From assembly GCA_963663475.2 (NCBI GenBank), contig CAXXJV010000001.1:1600001-1664000 (forward strand): DNA of 64,000 nt, written 5' to 3'. The notes beneath the pieces are model-generated. The model made no database searches and was not told where the DNA came from. It saw nothing but the letters and a program-made list of their open reading frames with translations. Both the position numbers and the translations under genes were made by a program. This stretch comes from Candidatus Cloacimonadales bacterium. Its GTDB lineage: Bacteria; Cloacimonadota; Cloacimonadia; Cloacimonadales; JAFGVF01. Numbering within the stretch: position 1 is the stretch's first letter; each line of letters begins with the position of its first letter. This document shows positions 43,117-52,854 of the stretch, in pieces.

Positions 43117-43464
43117 ATGTATTACTTAATAAAAGTTGCCATAACTTCTTGCTTAGTTGTTCTAATATCTGAGATTTCTAAAAGATCTTCAGTGATTGCA
43201 GGCATCTTAGCCTCAATTCCTTTATTATCATTTATAGCCATTTTTTGGATGTATTATGATAATAAAGACCTCAAGGTAATTATCGATTTTTCCAGATCAA
43301 TTTTCTGGTTAGTCATTCCCTCCCTCCTTTTCTTTATCGCTCTACCCATACTACTGAAAAGGGGTGTGAATTTTTACCTAGCAATGGGAATTTCAACTAC
43401 AGTGATGGTTATCTTTTATTATCTCATGCTACTTATACTAAAAAAATTAAATATAACAATATAA
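43117..43464 (+). CDS. DUF3147-like small membrane protein
   Basis: Four hydrophobic segments; SEISKRS..AGILASIPL.S, FWLVIPSL.FF. Confidence 0.7.
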   Translation: MYYLIKVAITSCLVVLISEISKRSSVIAGILASIPLLSFIAIFWMYYDNKDLKVIIDFSRSIFWLVIPSLLFFIALPILLKRGVNFYLAMGISTTVMVIFYYLMLLILKKLNITI

Positions 43465-43474
43465 AGGAGTTAAT

Positions 43475-43822
43475 GTGGAAATTAAAAGATTTGAAGGAAG
43501 TGGGAGAATGAGTAGAGTTGTTGAACATAATGGAAATCTCTATTTATGCGGTCAAACCTTTGGTGATAGTTTAGATATTAAAGAACAAACCCAGGGTGTC
43601 TTAGACAAGATAGATGCCTTACTAGCTAAGTATGGCTCAGACAAAAGACACATATTATCTGTTACTATTTACCTGAGGGATATGAAAGACTTTGCAGCTA
43701 TGAACCAAGTCTGGGATGCTTGGGTTGAAGCTGGTTTTGAACCTGCTAGAGCAACTGTAGAAGCAAGATTAGCCAGAGAAAGCCTCCTAGTTGAAATGTC
43801 TGTTATCGCTGTTAAAATATAA
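43475..43822 (+). CDS. RidA/YjgF family protein (YoaB-like)
   Basis: RMSRVVEHNG.LYLCGQ, F.AMN.VWDAW, PARATVEA.LA. Confidence 0.9.
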   Translation: MEIKRFEGSGRMSRVVEHNGNLYLCGQTFGDSLDIKEQTQGVLDKIDALLAKYGSDKRHILSVTIYLRDMKDFAAMNQVWDAWVEAGFEPARATVEARLARESLLVEMSVIAVKI

Positions 43823-43823
43823 A

Positions 43824-44666
43824 ATGAAAAACATAGATCTAACTAAGATTGAAGAAGATATCTACCAAAATATTGCTAGAGTAGGTATAGTTATGGATCC
43901 TGACCTAAAAGAAGCCATAAGCCTAGCTAAAGAAAAAGAAAGCAACCCTCTAGCTTCAGATATTTTAGGAGATATCCTCTTGAATGGACAAGTAGCCCAA
44001 GACCTGCAAAAACCTCTTTGTCAAGATACTGGTCTAGCTGTCTTCTTTGTTGAAGTAGGTTCTGAAATTACCTTTAATGGTAATCTTGAAGAAACTCTTA
44101 ATTCTGCAGTTGCCAGGGCTTATCAAGACTTCTATTTTCGTAAGTCTTTAGTCGCGGACCCCATCTTCTACAGGAAAAATACTGGAAATAATCTACCAGC
44201 AATAATCCACTGGAAATATACTTATGGTGAGCAAGTGAAGATTTCTTTTTCTGCTAAAGGAGGAGGGTCTGAAAACATGAGCCGACTGAAAATGTTGAAA
44301 CCAGCAGATGGACTACAAGGTGTTAAAGACTTTATTCTCCAGACTGTTATTGAAGGCAAAGGCAATCCCTGTCCTCCCATAATTGTAGGTGTTGGACTAG
44401 GTGGTAACTTTGAAACTTGTGCTCTGCTAGCTAAAAAAGCTCTTTTCAGAGACCTCAATGATAGCCATCCTCAAACAGAATGGGCAAAACTTGAAAGCCA
44501 GCTTCTAGCAGAGATAAATGCTAGTAATGTTGGACCACAAGGTCTGGGTGGGGATACTAGTGCCTTAGCTGTAAAAATTGAGTACTTACCCTGTCATATT
44601 GCTTCTCTGCCAGTAGCTGTAAATATCCAGTGTCATTCTAATAGACACTTCACTTTAATTTATTAA
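43824..44666 (+). CDS. class I fumarate hydratase alpha subunit (Fe-S hydro-lyase)
   Basis: PLCQDTG, KGGGSEN, NPCPP, GPQGLGG, HIASLPVAVNIQCH. Confidence 0.92.
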   Translation: MKNIDLTKIEEDIYQNIARVGIVMDPDLKEAISLAKEKESNPLASDILGDILLNGQVAQDLQKPLCQDTGLAVFFVEVGSEITFNGNLEETLNSAVARAYQDFYFRKSLVADPIFYRKNTGNNLPAIIHWKYTYGEQVKISFSAKGGGSENMSRLKMLKPADGLQGVKDFILQTVIEGKGNPCPPIIVGVGLGGNFETCALLAKKALFRDLNDSHPQTEWAKLESQLLAEINASNVGPQGLGGDTSALAVKIEYLPCHIASLPVAVNIQCHSNRHFTLIY

Positions 44667-44677
44667 GGAGGACCAGT

Positions 44678-45193
44678 ATGGATTTACACACTCCACTAAC
44701 AAGTGACAAATGTACAAGCTTAAAAGCTGGAGATAAAGTTTACCTGTCAGGGACCATCTATACAGCCAGAGACCAGTCTCATAAACGGATTGTTGAAACA
44801 ATAAATAGGGGAGAAGAACCTCCCTTTATCCTCAAGGATGCTATTATTTTTTATGTGGGTCCTAGTCCAGCTAAACCAGGTCAAGTAATCGGGTCAGCTG
44901 GTCCAACCACTAGCTACCGTATGGATTCTTATACCCCCTTCCTCTTAGAAAAAGGCTTAAAAGGCATGATTGGTAAGGGAGAGAGAAGCAGGGAAGTTAA
45001 AGAGTCTATTGTCAAAAATCAAGCTCTTTATTTTGTAGCTGTTGGTGGAGCAGGAGCCCTTCTGTCTGCATCCATAAAAGATGCTAAGATAATAGCTTAC
45101 CCTGACTTAGGACCTGAGGCTGTTTATCAATTAGAAGTTGAGAAATTTCCCTGCTATGTGGCAATTGATTGCCATGGCAATAGTCTCTTATAA
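44678..45193 (+). CDS. class I fumarate hydratase beta subunit
   Basis: TARDQSHKR, GPTTSYRMD, MIGKG, DLGPEA. Confidence 0.92.
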   Translation: MDLHTPLTSDKCTSLKAGDKVYLSGTIYTARDQSHKRIVETINRGEEPPFILKDAIIFYVGPSPAKPGQVIGSAGPTTSYRMDSYTPFLLEKGLKGMIGKGERSREVKESIVKNQALYFVAVGGAGALLSASIKDAKIIAYPDLGPEAVYQLEVEKFPCYVAIDCHGNSLL

Positions 45194-45250
45194 AGTTCTC
45201 TTGCACCATTCAGGATTATTTTGCATAAATTAAGAAAAAACTTTTTTTTA

Positions 45251-45277
45251 TTGACATACTAGAATATTAAGTATAAT
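45251..45277 (+). promoter_or_regulatory. putative sigma70 promoter
   Basis: TTGACA-N15-TATAAT upstream of the outer membrane protein gene; spacer is short. Confidence 0.45.
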
Positions 45278-45409
45278 TTCGTAAAAGTTAACTAATTCTT
45301 AAAATTTTTACATATTATGATTAGTTATCACTTGTGGAAGGAAGGATAAATACCACCATATTAAAGATATCCTTCACATAGAAAAAAGTATATTTGAAAG
45401 GAGTTCATA

Positions 45410-46579
45410 ATGAACAAAAAGACTTTATTTATGTTATTAGTGACTTTATTTGTCATGACAAGTATGTTCGCAACTCAAGCAAGAATGAGTGGATTAGGTA
45501 ATCCTTATGGTTTAATTGAAGATGATACTGATGTATTTATTTACCCAGCGACTATCTTTAACTATAGTGGTGCAGTTGCTGAATTGCAGCAAGGAGCTGG
45601 ATCAGCAAACTGGAACATGAGTGCTAATATTCCTATTCTTGATTACAAACTTGGTGTTTACTTAAATCGTGACACTATGCTTGATTTGCCTGGTTATGGA
45701 GTAAATCTTGCTCTAGGAAAAAGTGTTGAATTCAACTTTGGTTTTCTGGATAAATTCGCTATCGGATTTGGTACTGCTGCAGACTATAGCTCAGAAGTTG
45801 AAATTGGTGATTTCAAAAAAGAACCATCAGCAAGCTACTTCTCTTTCTTTGGTGGTTACTCAGATAAGGGTATGGATGCTGGTTTAAGACTTGAGATGGC
45901 TAATGCTGAAGATGTTGATACTGAAGATGTTGATACTGATAATCATTACATACAAATGTCTTACACAGCATTGGATCTAAGAGGCAGACAGTACATTATT
46001 AATGAAGATAACATGTCATTAATGGTTCAAGCTGGTTATATGATGAAAATGGAAGAGTATAACTATGAAAACTTAGTTGGTGATAAACTTGAAGACAAGG
46101 AAATATCTCAATCAATGTTGGATATTGGTTTTGGTTTACAAGTTAAAGCAGGACAAAGAAGTAAAATTATCTTTGGTTTAACTCCAATTATATATAATCC
46201 GATAAGTTCTGAATATACTACCTATAATAATGATGACAAAACTACCACCAAATATGATGATACTTGGATGTTCTTCCCTGAATATAACCTTGCTGTTGAA
46301 TCTCAAATCTGCTCATGGTTAACAGGTAGAGTAGGCGCTAACCAAGTTTATGCTCATGTTAGTCAAGAAGTAGATTATGATGAAACTATGGCACAAGAAG
46401 ATACAGAAGAAAACTTCTACAGTAAAGATTTCCATATGAACTTAGGTCTTACCTTCTCATTCGGTAATTTCTGTATTGATTCTGTATTAGAACAAGAATT
46501 GCTTTTTGAAGGTCCAGATTTCATCGGTGGAAATGCTAATGGCTTAGCTACTGAAATCTCCGTAAAGTATAAATTCTAG
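45410..46579 (+). CDS. putative outer membrane beta-barrel protein
   Basis: Signal peptide, ARMSGLG and D...YPA N-terminal motif, alternating beta-strands, C-terminal SVKYKF. Confidence 0.65.
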   Translation: MNKKTLFMLLVTLFVMTSMFATQARMSGLGNPYGLIEDDTDVFIYPATIFNYSGAVAELQQGAGSANWNMSANIPILDYKLGVYLNRDTMLDLPGYGVNLALGKSVEFNFGFLDKFAIGFGTAADYSSEVEIGDFKKEPSASYFSFFGGYSDKGMDAGLRLEMANAEDVDTEDVDTDNHYIQMSYTALDLRGRQYIINEDNMSLMVQAGYMMKMEEYNYENLVGDKLEDKEISQSMLDIGFGLQVKAGQRSKIIFGLTPIIYNPISSEYTTYNNDDKTTTKYDDTWMFFPEYNLAVESQICSWLTGRVGANQVYAHVSQEVDYDETMAQEDTEENFYSKDFHMNLGLTFSFGNFCIDSVLEQELLFEGPDFIGGNANGLATEISVKYKF

Positions 46580-46846
46580 AAAAAAAACTTAGATTATGAT
46601 AATAATGGAGTAGAGGATTTATTCTCTACTCTGTTTTTTAGCTTCTTGTTCAAGTCTCTTCACCCGAAGTCCCTTGCCTACGGCTGAGGAAGTCTGGTCT
46701 CCTGCAAAAAGCAGGCTCAAGTTCAAGTCAGGGATAAGTCTTGAATCCCCAAAAGGGGATAAATAGTTTAGCCCAGGGTAAATTCCTGAAGGGAATGCAA
46801 CCCTGGGTACTGGTGATGAAAAACAAAGCCTAACCCTGAAAGGGTT

Positions 46847-48510
46847 CAGGTAGTAGACAAACCCCCTCTTTTTTAAATAGAAATTTACGCTGTTTTTAGC
46901 AATTTAAATAAATCTGAAGAGTCATTTATGTTTTGCCCTTTTTTTATGTTAATTTTACTGATTTGGAACTTCAGAATGTAAATATAATACTTCATTTGTG
47001 AAAAAATAAATTTTGATAATGGATTGGTTCCACCACCTCCACGTCTGCTGAGGATATTGGCCATTTTTTTGATATTTTGAGCTATAGCGGTCATGTAAGC
47101 TTGGAATTTCATTTTCTCAATTCCCCTAAATTTAGCATATCGATAACCGTGTAATTCTTTGCTATTAGCGAAACTCCGTTCTATAGTTTCTTTTCGCCGT
47201 CGATATATTTCCTTACCATATTCACTATTAGTATTATCTTTAACCCAATCTTTATATTTTTGCCAAACATGATTTCTTATTGATTTAGTTCCATTTTTAT
47301 TAGTTATACACTGCCCAAAATATTTACAGTTTTTACAATCTGATTTTGACGATTTATACTCTTTTGAACCTGTTCTCGTGGTTGTATAATACTTTAAGAT
47401 ACAATTATTAGGACATATCCATATATCTTTATCTTTATCATATTTAAACTTATTCTTCTTAAAAAAGTGCTTTTTCCCTCCTGCTTTTCTTCTTCCCATT
47501 GTTGCAAATATGCCTAAATCATATAGTTCCTTACAAATATATGTTGTATTATAACCAGCATCTAAACCCACAGCTTCAACATCAAAACCAAACCTGTTAA
47601 TCTGATATTTTAACCTGTCTATATAGCATGTACTATCACTTACATTAGCCGGAGTTATATGAACATCTGTAATTATATTAAAGAGAGAATCTGTTGTTCT
47701 GTGATCTAAATAATAAAAACCCCGTGGCTTGCGTTCACGATTCATTTCTCCACTATCTGGATCTGTCGTACTTTGCTTTATTGTCTTGGTTTCTTCTTTA
47801 ATCTCGGCTTCAGGGAAAGGTTTCTTATCATGAGCTACTCTATCTTCATTTACTGCTTTATTTAATTCTCCAACATATTCTTGGGGAGTTTTGGTAACCT
47901 CTATTTTTCTGAAATTCTTGTTATTTGCATTGGCTTTAGTATGTGTAGAGTCTGTATATAATACTTTGCCATCAAGCATATCAGACTTCAGTGCCATGAA
48001 GACTAAATCTTCAAAAATTTCTTGAAATATTGAACTATCCTTGAATCGTCTTTGTCGATTTTTGCTAAAAACTGAATGGTGAGGTATCTTATCTAATAGT
48101 TTATAACCTAAAAACCACCTAAAGGCTGTACTATGTTCTATTTCAAGAACTAATTTTCTTTCTGACTTAATCCCATATAAATATCCGATTAGTAGCATTT
48201 TAAAGAATCTTACAGGGTCAATACCTGGACGTCCGTTATCCAAACAATACAAATGTTTTACTTTATCATATATAAAATCAAAATTTATATATTTGTCAAT
48301 TTTTCTTATAGGATGGTCTTCTTTTACTAATTGTTCGATGGTTACCATCTCAATTTCTGTCTGTCTATTTATTTTTTCAATCATATCTTACCTCTTGTAC
48401 AATAAAGTATTATGGGTATATTATGTCAAGATATTTATTGCTAATTATTCAACTTTTTATGTATTATATTAAATCATATTATTAATTACAATAGGTTTGT
48501 CAACAGCCTG
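46847..48510 (-). mobile_element. IS1182-family insertion sequence (1664 bp)
   Basis: IRs caggtagtagacaaacc / ggtttgtcaacagcctg; 15-bp flanking duplication AACCCTGAAAGGGTT. Confidence 0.92.
46885..48384 (-). CDS. IS1182-family DDE transposase
   Basis: LV..DHP.RKID, GRPGIDP, YLYGI.SER, TDSTH.KANA, S.TDPDSG, LDAGY, CPN..C..C, RRKETIERSFA..KELHG.RY. Confidence 0.93.
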   Translation of the reverse strand: MIEKINRQTEIEMVTIEQLVKEDHPIRKIDKYINFDFIYDKVKHLYCLDNGRPGIDPVRFFKMLLIGYLYGIKSERKLVLEIEHSTAFRWFLGYKLLDKIPHHSVFSKNRQRRFKDSSIFQEIFEDLVFMALKSDMLDGKVLYTDSTHTKANANNKNFRKIEVTKTPQEYVGELNKAVNEDRVAHDKKPFPEAEIKEETKTIKQSTTDPDSGEMNRERKPRGFYYLDHRTTDSLFNIITDVHITPANVSDSTCYIDRLKYQINRFGFDVEAVGLDAGYNTTYICKELYDLGIFATMGRRKAGGKKHFFKKNKFKYDKDKDIWICPNNCILKYYTTTRTGSKEYKSSKSDCKNCKYFGQCITNKNGTKSIRNHVWQKYKDWVKDNTNSEYGKEIYRRRKETIERSFANSKELHGYRYAKFRGIEKMKFQAYMTAIAQNIKKMANILSRRGGGGTNPLSKFIFSQMKYYIYILKFQISKINIKKGQNINDSSDLFKLLKTA

Positions 48511-48811
48511 AACCCTGAAAGGGTTAAATAACATCATATATACCATAGACTGGGAGCGCTGGCATTCCTGCCGGCACCAAGCTTTTCAAGCTTGGTTTTG
48601 TGGAAGCGAGCCACTTCCACTTCATAAAGACATTATGTTACATCATTTATCATTTTATTAAACCCTTACAGGGTAATATCTTTGGGCTAGCCATCATTAC
48701 CCAGGGTTGCGATACTTTCAGCATCTTACCCTGGACTAAATTATTTTATCCCTTTAAGGGATTTTTGATGAATCAATATTCTAATGAAATATTCTCATTT
48801 TCCTATATTAT

Positions 48812-48973
48812 CCCGAATGGTGCAGTAGAACTTTGATGAAGAGTGCTAGATTCTTTTAGCAAAATAAGTTACAGAATTTGAAGGCATATAATATATATAT
48901 TCCTGAAAATTATGTAGCTTACTTTTGCAAAAGAAGATAGTGCTATTCGCAAAGGTCTACTGCATTATTTGGG
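48812..48973 (-). mobile_element. MITE family A copy 4 (diverged, reverse)
   Basis: Reverse complement of family A; TSD ATTAT; empty site visible at 22521-22537. Confidence 0.88.
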
Positions 48974-49199
48974 ATTATTCCCACCAGAATTGAATTTGAG
49001 CCTTTTTTTATTAATCTGATATTAGGGAGAATCTCAGTCCATATAATTAATACCCTTAGTCCTTATTTCTACTCAAAATTAAGAATAAACAATATTTTTT
49101 AACAATTATCCTCATCTTACAAGTATTTTGGAAAGTATCTTGCATTAATAAATATATTACTTAGATTATTAAAATGTTAAATATTATATGGAGGATCTA

Positions 49200-52100
49200 A
49201 TGAGAATTAGACTTATTGTTTTGCTAATGTTACTCACGACACTTATCTCTGCACAGACAATGTGGGATAGTGCTGTACCTATCAGACAGGGTGTTAATAT
49301 TGAATGGTCACGTGCAACTGCTACCTCTGATGATGGTGGGATTGTTTATGTATGGTCAGACACCAAGTTTGGTGGAAGAGACCTTTTTGCTATGAAATTT
49401 GATGGAAATGGTAATTCAGTATGGGGTGAAAATCCTACTATTATCGATAACAAAATTGACAGACAGGAAGATCCTGTAATCATCAAAACTTCTGATGGTA
49501 ACTTTATAATTGCTTGGATTGATTTTTCTCAAGATCAAGATGGCGATGTTTATGCCCAAAAAGTAGATAATGCTAGTGGTGATTTACTCTGGCAAGAAGG
49601 TGGGGTAGAAGTTTGTACATACCAAGATATTCAAATTTCTCTTAATATTGTAGAAAACAATGTTGGTGGTGCCTATATTCTCTGGAGAGACAGTAGAAAT
49701 CCTTCAGTTGACCTTTATGCTGCCAACTTAGATGGTTCTGGTAACAACCTTTGGGATGTTGATGGAATGCCGATAGCTAATTCTAATAATCCTGAAACAT
49801 CAAACTCAATGCGTGAAGATGGAGATGGTGGCTTCTTTATAGGTTACCAAGTTACTATTGATAACAATTCAAACATCTTTGCTAAAAGATTCAATCATGA
49901 TGGCCAATCTCTTTGGGGAGAAGCTATTCCTATCGCTGTAGCCAATGGTGATCAATCAACTCCAAGAGTTGCTCCTGATGGCCTAGGTGGATTTGTCTTT
50001 GTTTGGGAAGATAAAAGAGAAGTTACTTCAAATATCTTTGCTCAAAGATTATTAGCTGACGGTAGTGCAGCTTGGGGAGATTATTTAGAAGTTTATAGTG
50101 ACGAAGATGATGCTCAAAGTTTCACTCAAAACTATCCTCAATTACAAGCTGATGGTATGGGTAATGTAATTGTTTCTTGGCAAGACCAAAGAGCTTCATT
50201 TGATAATGTTGGACTTTTTGCTCAGAAAATTAACTCAGATGGACAATATCTTTGGGATGAAGATGGTGTGGAAATTAGAGCTAACCAAGTTAGAGAACTT
50301 ACACAAAGAATAGACAGTGATACTAATGGGGGAGTTTATGTTATCTGGACAGATATGCGTAATGGTGATTTCCCTAATGTTGATATTTATGCCCAACATT
50401 TAAACTCAGATGGAAGCTTCCAATGGGGTGATGATGGTCTTGTAATCTGTGATGCTGTAAATGAACAAAATAACCCTCTTATTAAAAAGAGTGGCGACCA
50501 TATTTTTACAGTTTGGTTAGATGCTAGAACTGGTTCAATAGGTATAGACCAACAAATTATTGACGCTAATTCAAACATAGTATTAGCAGAAAATGGTGAG
50601 ACTGTTTTCTACGGACTTAGTGGCGATGCTGGTAAAGATGATTTAATTGAAGCTTTACCACGTCTTAATCAAAATGATGCTATTGTTATTTGGCATGATA
50701 CTCGCGGTGCAAGTAATGGTTACCAAATCTTCTACCAATTTGTTAATCCTGATGGAACATATGATTTAGAAGAGAATGGTCGTCCTGTTACTACTCAAAC
50801 AGGTTACTCTCAATCTACTTTTGATGCAGCTGTTAATCCTGCTGGTGAAACATTAATTATTTGGACTGAACAAAGAGGTTTTTATCCTAAAGTTTATGCT
50901 CAGTTGATTGATGTAGATGGAAACTATCTCTTAGGAGATACTGGTTTAGAAATGACAACAGCATTTACTGCTGGACAAGAAGATCCTCGTGTATGTTATT
51001 ATAATGGAGACTTCTATCTTGGCTGGTCTGATAATGTTCTTACTGAAGAAGGACTTATCATCAAGAAAGTATTTGGTCAACGTATTAGTAATGGCCAAAG
51101 ACAATGGGGTGATGAAGGTATTCAAATCTCAGGTGTAGGTTCTGAAGAAGAAATTGAAATGCAACTTTATGATGTAATAGGTAATTATTATTTATGGAAT
51201 ATTGCTTCTACAGATAGAAGAGTTGTCAAAGTTGATGCAGATGGTCAAGTTTATCCTGGCTATGCAGCTGAAGGTAATCCTATAGCTCCTGATGGTGTTT
51301 GGGTAGAAGCTGGTGGTTCAGGTCAAAGTCATAATGATCAGCTTTATTATGCTTGGGCTGATAACAGAGAAGATTATATCAATACAATCTTTACTCAAAG
51401 TTTCCTTGATGATGGCTCTTTTGCTTGGCAAGCAGGAATTCCTACAAGTTTACACGAAGTTGATGGTGCTTTGAATGAAGCTAGAAATCCAGATTTAACT
51501 GTAGGTGATGCTGTATATGTAACTTGGAATGAAAGTCTTACTTCAGATAATGAAAACATTAAAGTGCAAAAATTTGACTTTGAGGGTCAAGCTGAATTCC
51601 CTGCAGAAGGTATTACTTTAGGCGAAGGTGAAATAACTCAAGTTAACCCTAAAATAGCGCCTATCTCTAATGGCTACTATGCTGTTGCTTGGGAACAACA
51701 ATCAGGTATTGAATTTGACCTTTATATGAATTTAATTAGATATAACGGTGAAAGACTTAACGGCTCAAATGGTATCGTTTTAACTGACGAACTTAAAGAC
51801 CAAAAGTCTGTTAGAATCGTTCCTATGGGAGATGGAAAAGCTTTCTTCTTCTGGGCTGATGGTATCTCTTCAGGAAAAACTGTTATTCTAGGTGTTTATT
51901 CACAATATGTTGACTTCTCATCTGTATCTAATGATGATTTAAATGATGCTCAAATAGCTAACATGTCTCTTGCTCAAAACTACCCTAACCCATTTAATCC
52001 TACTACTAAAATTTCTTTTAATTTAGCTAAGGATATGGAAAATGTAGAACTTGCAATCTACAACCTAAAGGGTCAAAAAGTTAAAACTATTGCTAAAGAT

Positions 52101-52238
52101 AACTTTACAAAAGGTTCTTACTCTTTTGTTTGGAATGGTGATAATGACCAAGAAAAAGCTGTTGCCTCAGGACTTTACTTCTATAAATTAAATGCTGGTA
52201 AAGAATCTGTAACTAGAAAAATGGTCTTAATGAAATAA
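49200..52238 (+). CDS. secreted repeat-rich (beta-propeller-like) protein with C-terminal sorting domain
   Basis: Signal peptide; recurring DG.GG...W.D.R...IYAQ.....G...W units; QNYPNPFNPTT..IYNLKGQKV..ASGLYFY..KMVLMK. Confidence 0.8.
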   Translation: MRIRLIVLLMLLTTLISAQTMWDSAVPIRQGVNIEWSRATATSDDGGIVYVWSDTKFGGRDLFAMKFDGNGNSVWGENPTIIDNKIDRQEDPVIIKTSDGNFIIAWIDFSQDQDGDVYAQKVDNASGDLLWQEGGVEVCTYQDIQISLNIVENNVGGAYILWRDSRNPSVDLYAANLDGSGNNLWDVDGMPIANSNNPETSNSMREDGDGGFFIGYQVTIDNNSNIFAKRFNHDGQSLWGEAIPIAVANGDQSTPRVAPDGLGGFVFVWEDKREVTSNIFAQRLLADGSAAWGDYLEVYSDEDDAQSFTQNYPQLQADGMGNVIVSWQDQRASFDNVGLFAQKINSDGQYLWDEDGVEIRANQVRELTQRIDSDTNGGVYVIWTDMRNGDFPNVDIYAQHLNSDGSFQWGDDGLVICDAVNEQNNPLIKKSGDHIFTVWLDARTGSIGIDQQIIDANSNIVLAENGETVFYGLSGDAGKDDLIEALPRLNQNDAIVIWHDTRGASNGYQIFYQFVNPDGTYDLEENGRPVTTQTGYSQSTFDAAVNPAGETLIIWTEQRGFYPKVYAQLIDVDGNYLLGDTGLEMTTAFTAGQEDPRVCYYNGDFYLGWSDNVLTEEGLIIKKVFGQRISNGQRQWGDEGIQISGVGSEEEIEMQLYDVIGNYYLWNIASTDRRVVKVDADGQVYPGYAAEGNPIAPDGVWVEAGGSGQSHNDQLYYAWADNREDYINTIFTQSFLDDGSFAWQAGIPTSLHEVDGALNEARNPDLTVGDAVYVTWNESLTSDNENIKVQKFDFEGQAEFPAEGITLGEGEITQVNPKIAPISNGYYAVAWEQQSGIEFDLYMNLIRYNGERLNGSNGIVLTDELKDQKSVRIVPMGDGKAFFFWADGISSGKTVILGVYSQYVDFSSVSNDDLNDAQIANMSLAQNYPNPFNPTTKISFNLAKDMENVELAIYNLKGQKVKTIAKDNFTKGSYSFVWNGDNDQEKAVASGLYFYKLNAGKESVTRKMVLMK

Positions 52239-52283
52239 AAAAAGGAAGGCTTGCAGCTTGCAAGCATCTCCTAAAATATATGT

Positions 52284-52314
52284 TAAAGCCTCGCTGATGC
52301 GAGGCTTTACTTTT
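52284..52314 (+). terminator. intrinsic terminator
   Basis: taaagcctcgc-tgat-gcgaggcttta followed by a T-run. Confidence 0.8.
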
Positions 52315-52319
52315 ATTAT

Positions 52320-52480
52320 CCCAAATAATGCAGTAGATCTTTGTGAATAGCACTATATTATTCTGAAAAAGTAACTTCCATAATTTTTCCGAATATATAT
52401 GTTATATGCGTCAAAATTCTGTAAGCTATTTTGCTAGAATAATCTGCACTCTTCACTAAAGTTCTACTACACAATCTGGG
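52320..52480 (+). mobile_element. MITE family A copy 5 (161 bp)
   Basis: Full length; flanks ATTAT/ATAAT, so no exact TSD. Confidence 0.88.
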
Positions 52481-52640
52481 ATAATATAGGAAAATGAGAA
52501 TATTTCATTAGAATATGGACTCATCTAAAATCCCTGAAAGGGATAAATAATTTAGCCCAGGGTAAGATGCTGAAAGTATCGCAACCCTGGGTAATAATGG
52601 CTAGCCCAAAGATATTACCCTGTAAGGGTTTAATAAAAAA
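52481..52640 (-). repeat. right half of MITE B/REP doublet in reverse orientation
   Basis: Reverse complement of about 22370-22530. Confidence 0.8.
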
Positions 52641-52708
52641 ATTAATAATGTATTATCCCAAATAATGCAATAGATTTAAGACTTATCCATACCCTATCCA
52701 TCCCTTAT

Positions 52709-52767
52709 CCTTCCTTTACAGTCTTTCGATGAAAGTCCAGGTTTCATCGAAAGACTGTAAAGGAAGG
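52709..52767. repeat. perfect 26-bp-arm hairpin (family C, copy 2)
   Basis: ccttcctttacagtctttcgatgaaa-gtccagg-tttcatcgaaagactgtaaaggaagg. Confidence 0.9.
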
Positions 52768-52854
52768 GTCAAGGATGATATAGCAGCTTAACCCCAAAAT
52801 AGTGCATAGATCTTTGTGAATAGCAGAATATTCTTCTGCAAAAGTAAGATCCAT

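Larger units (their letters stand above)
46641..49002 (+). mobile_element. composite MITE family B copy carrying IS1182, MITE A and REP modules
   Basis: Left ends gcttcttgttcaagtc (46641) and ggctcaagttcaagtc (46714); right end ccaccagaattgaatttgagcc; interior colinear with 22200-22554. Confidence 0.75.

Noticed and set aside
45330..45380. Riboswitch in the leader of the outer membrane protein gene
   Set aside because: Only a simple gaaggata/tatccttc stem; no recognisable aptamer consensus
48600..48836. 78-aa ORF, plus 13107-13292 and 57668-57895
   Set aside because: They lie across MITE, REP or IS ends and show no protein features
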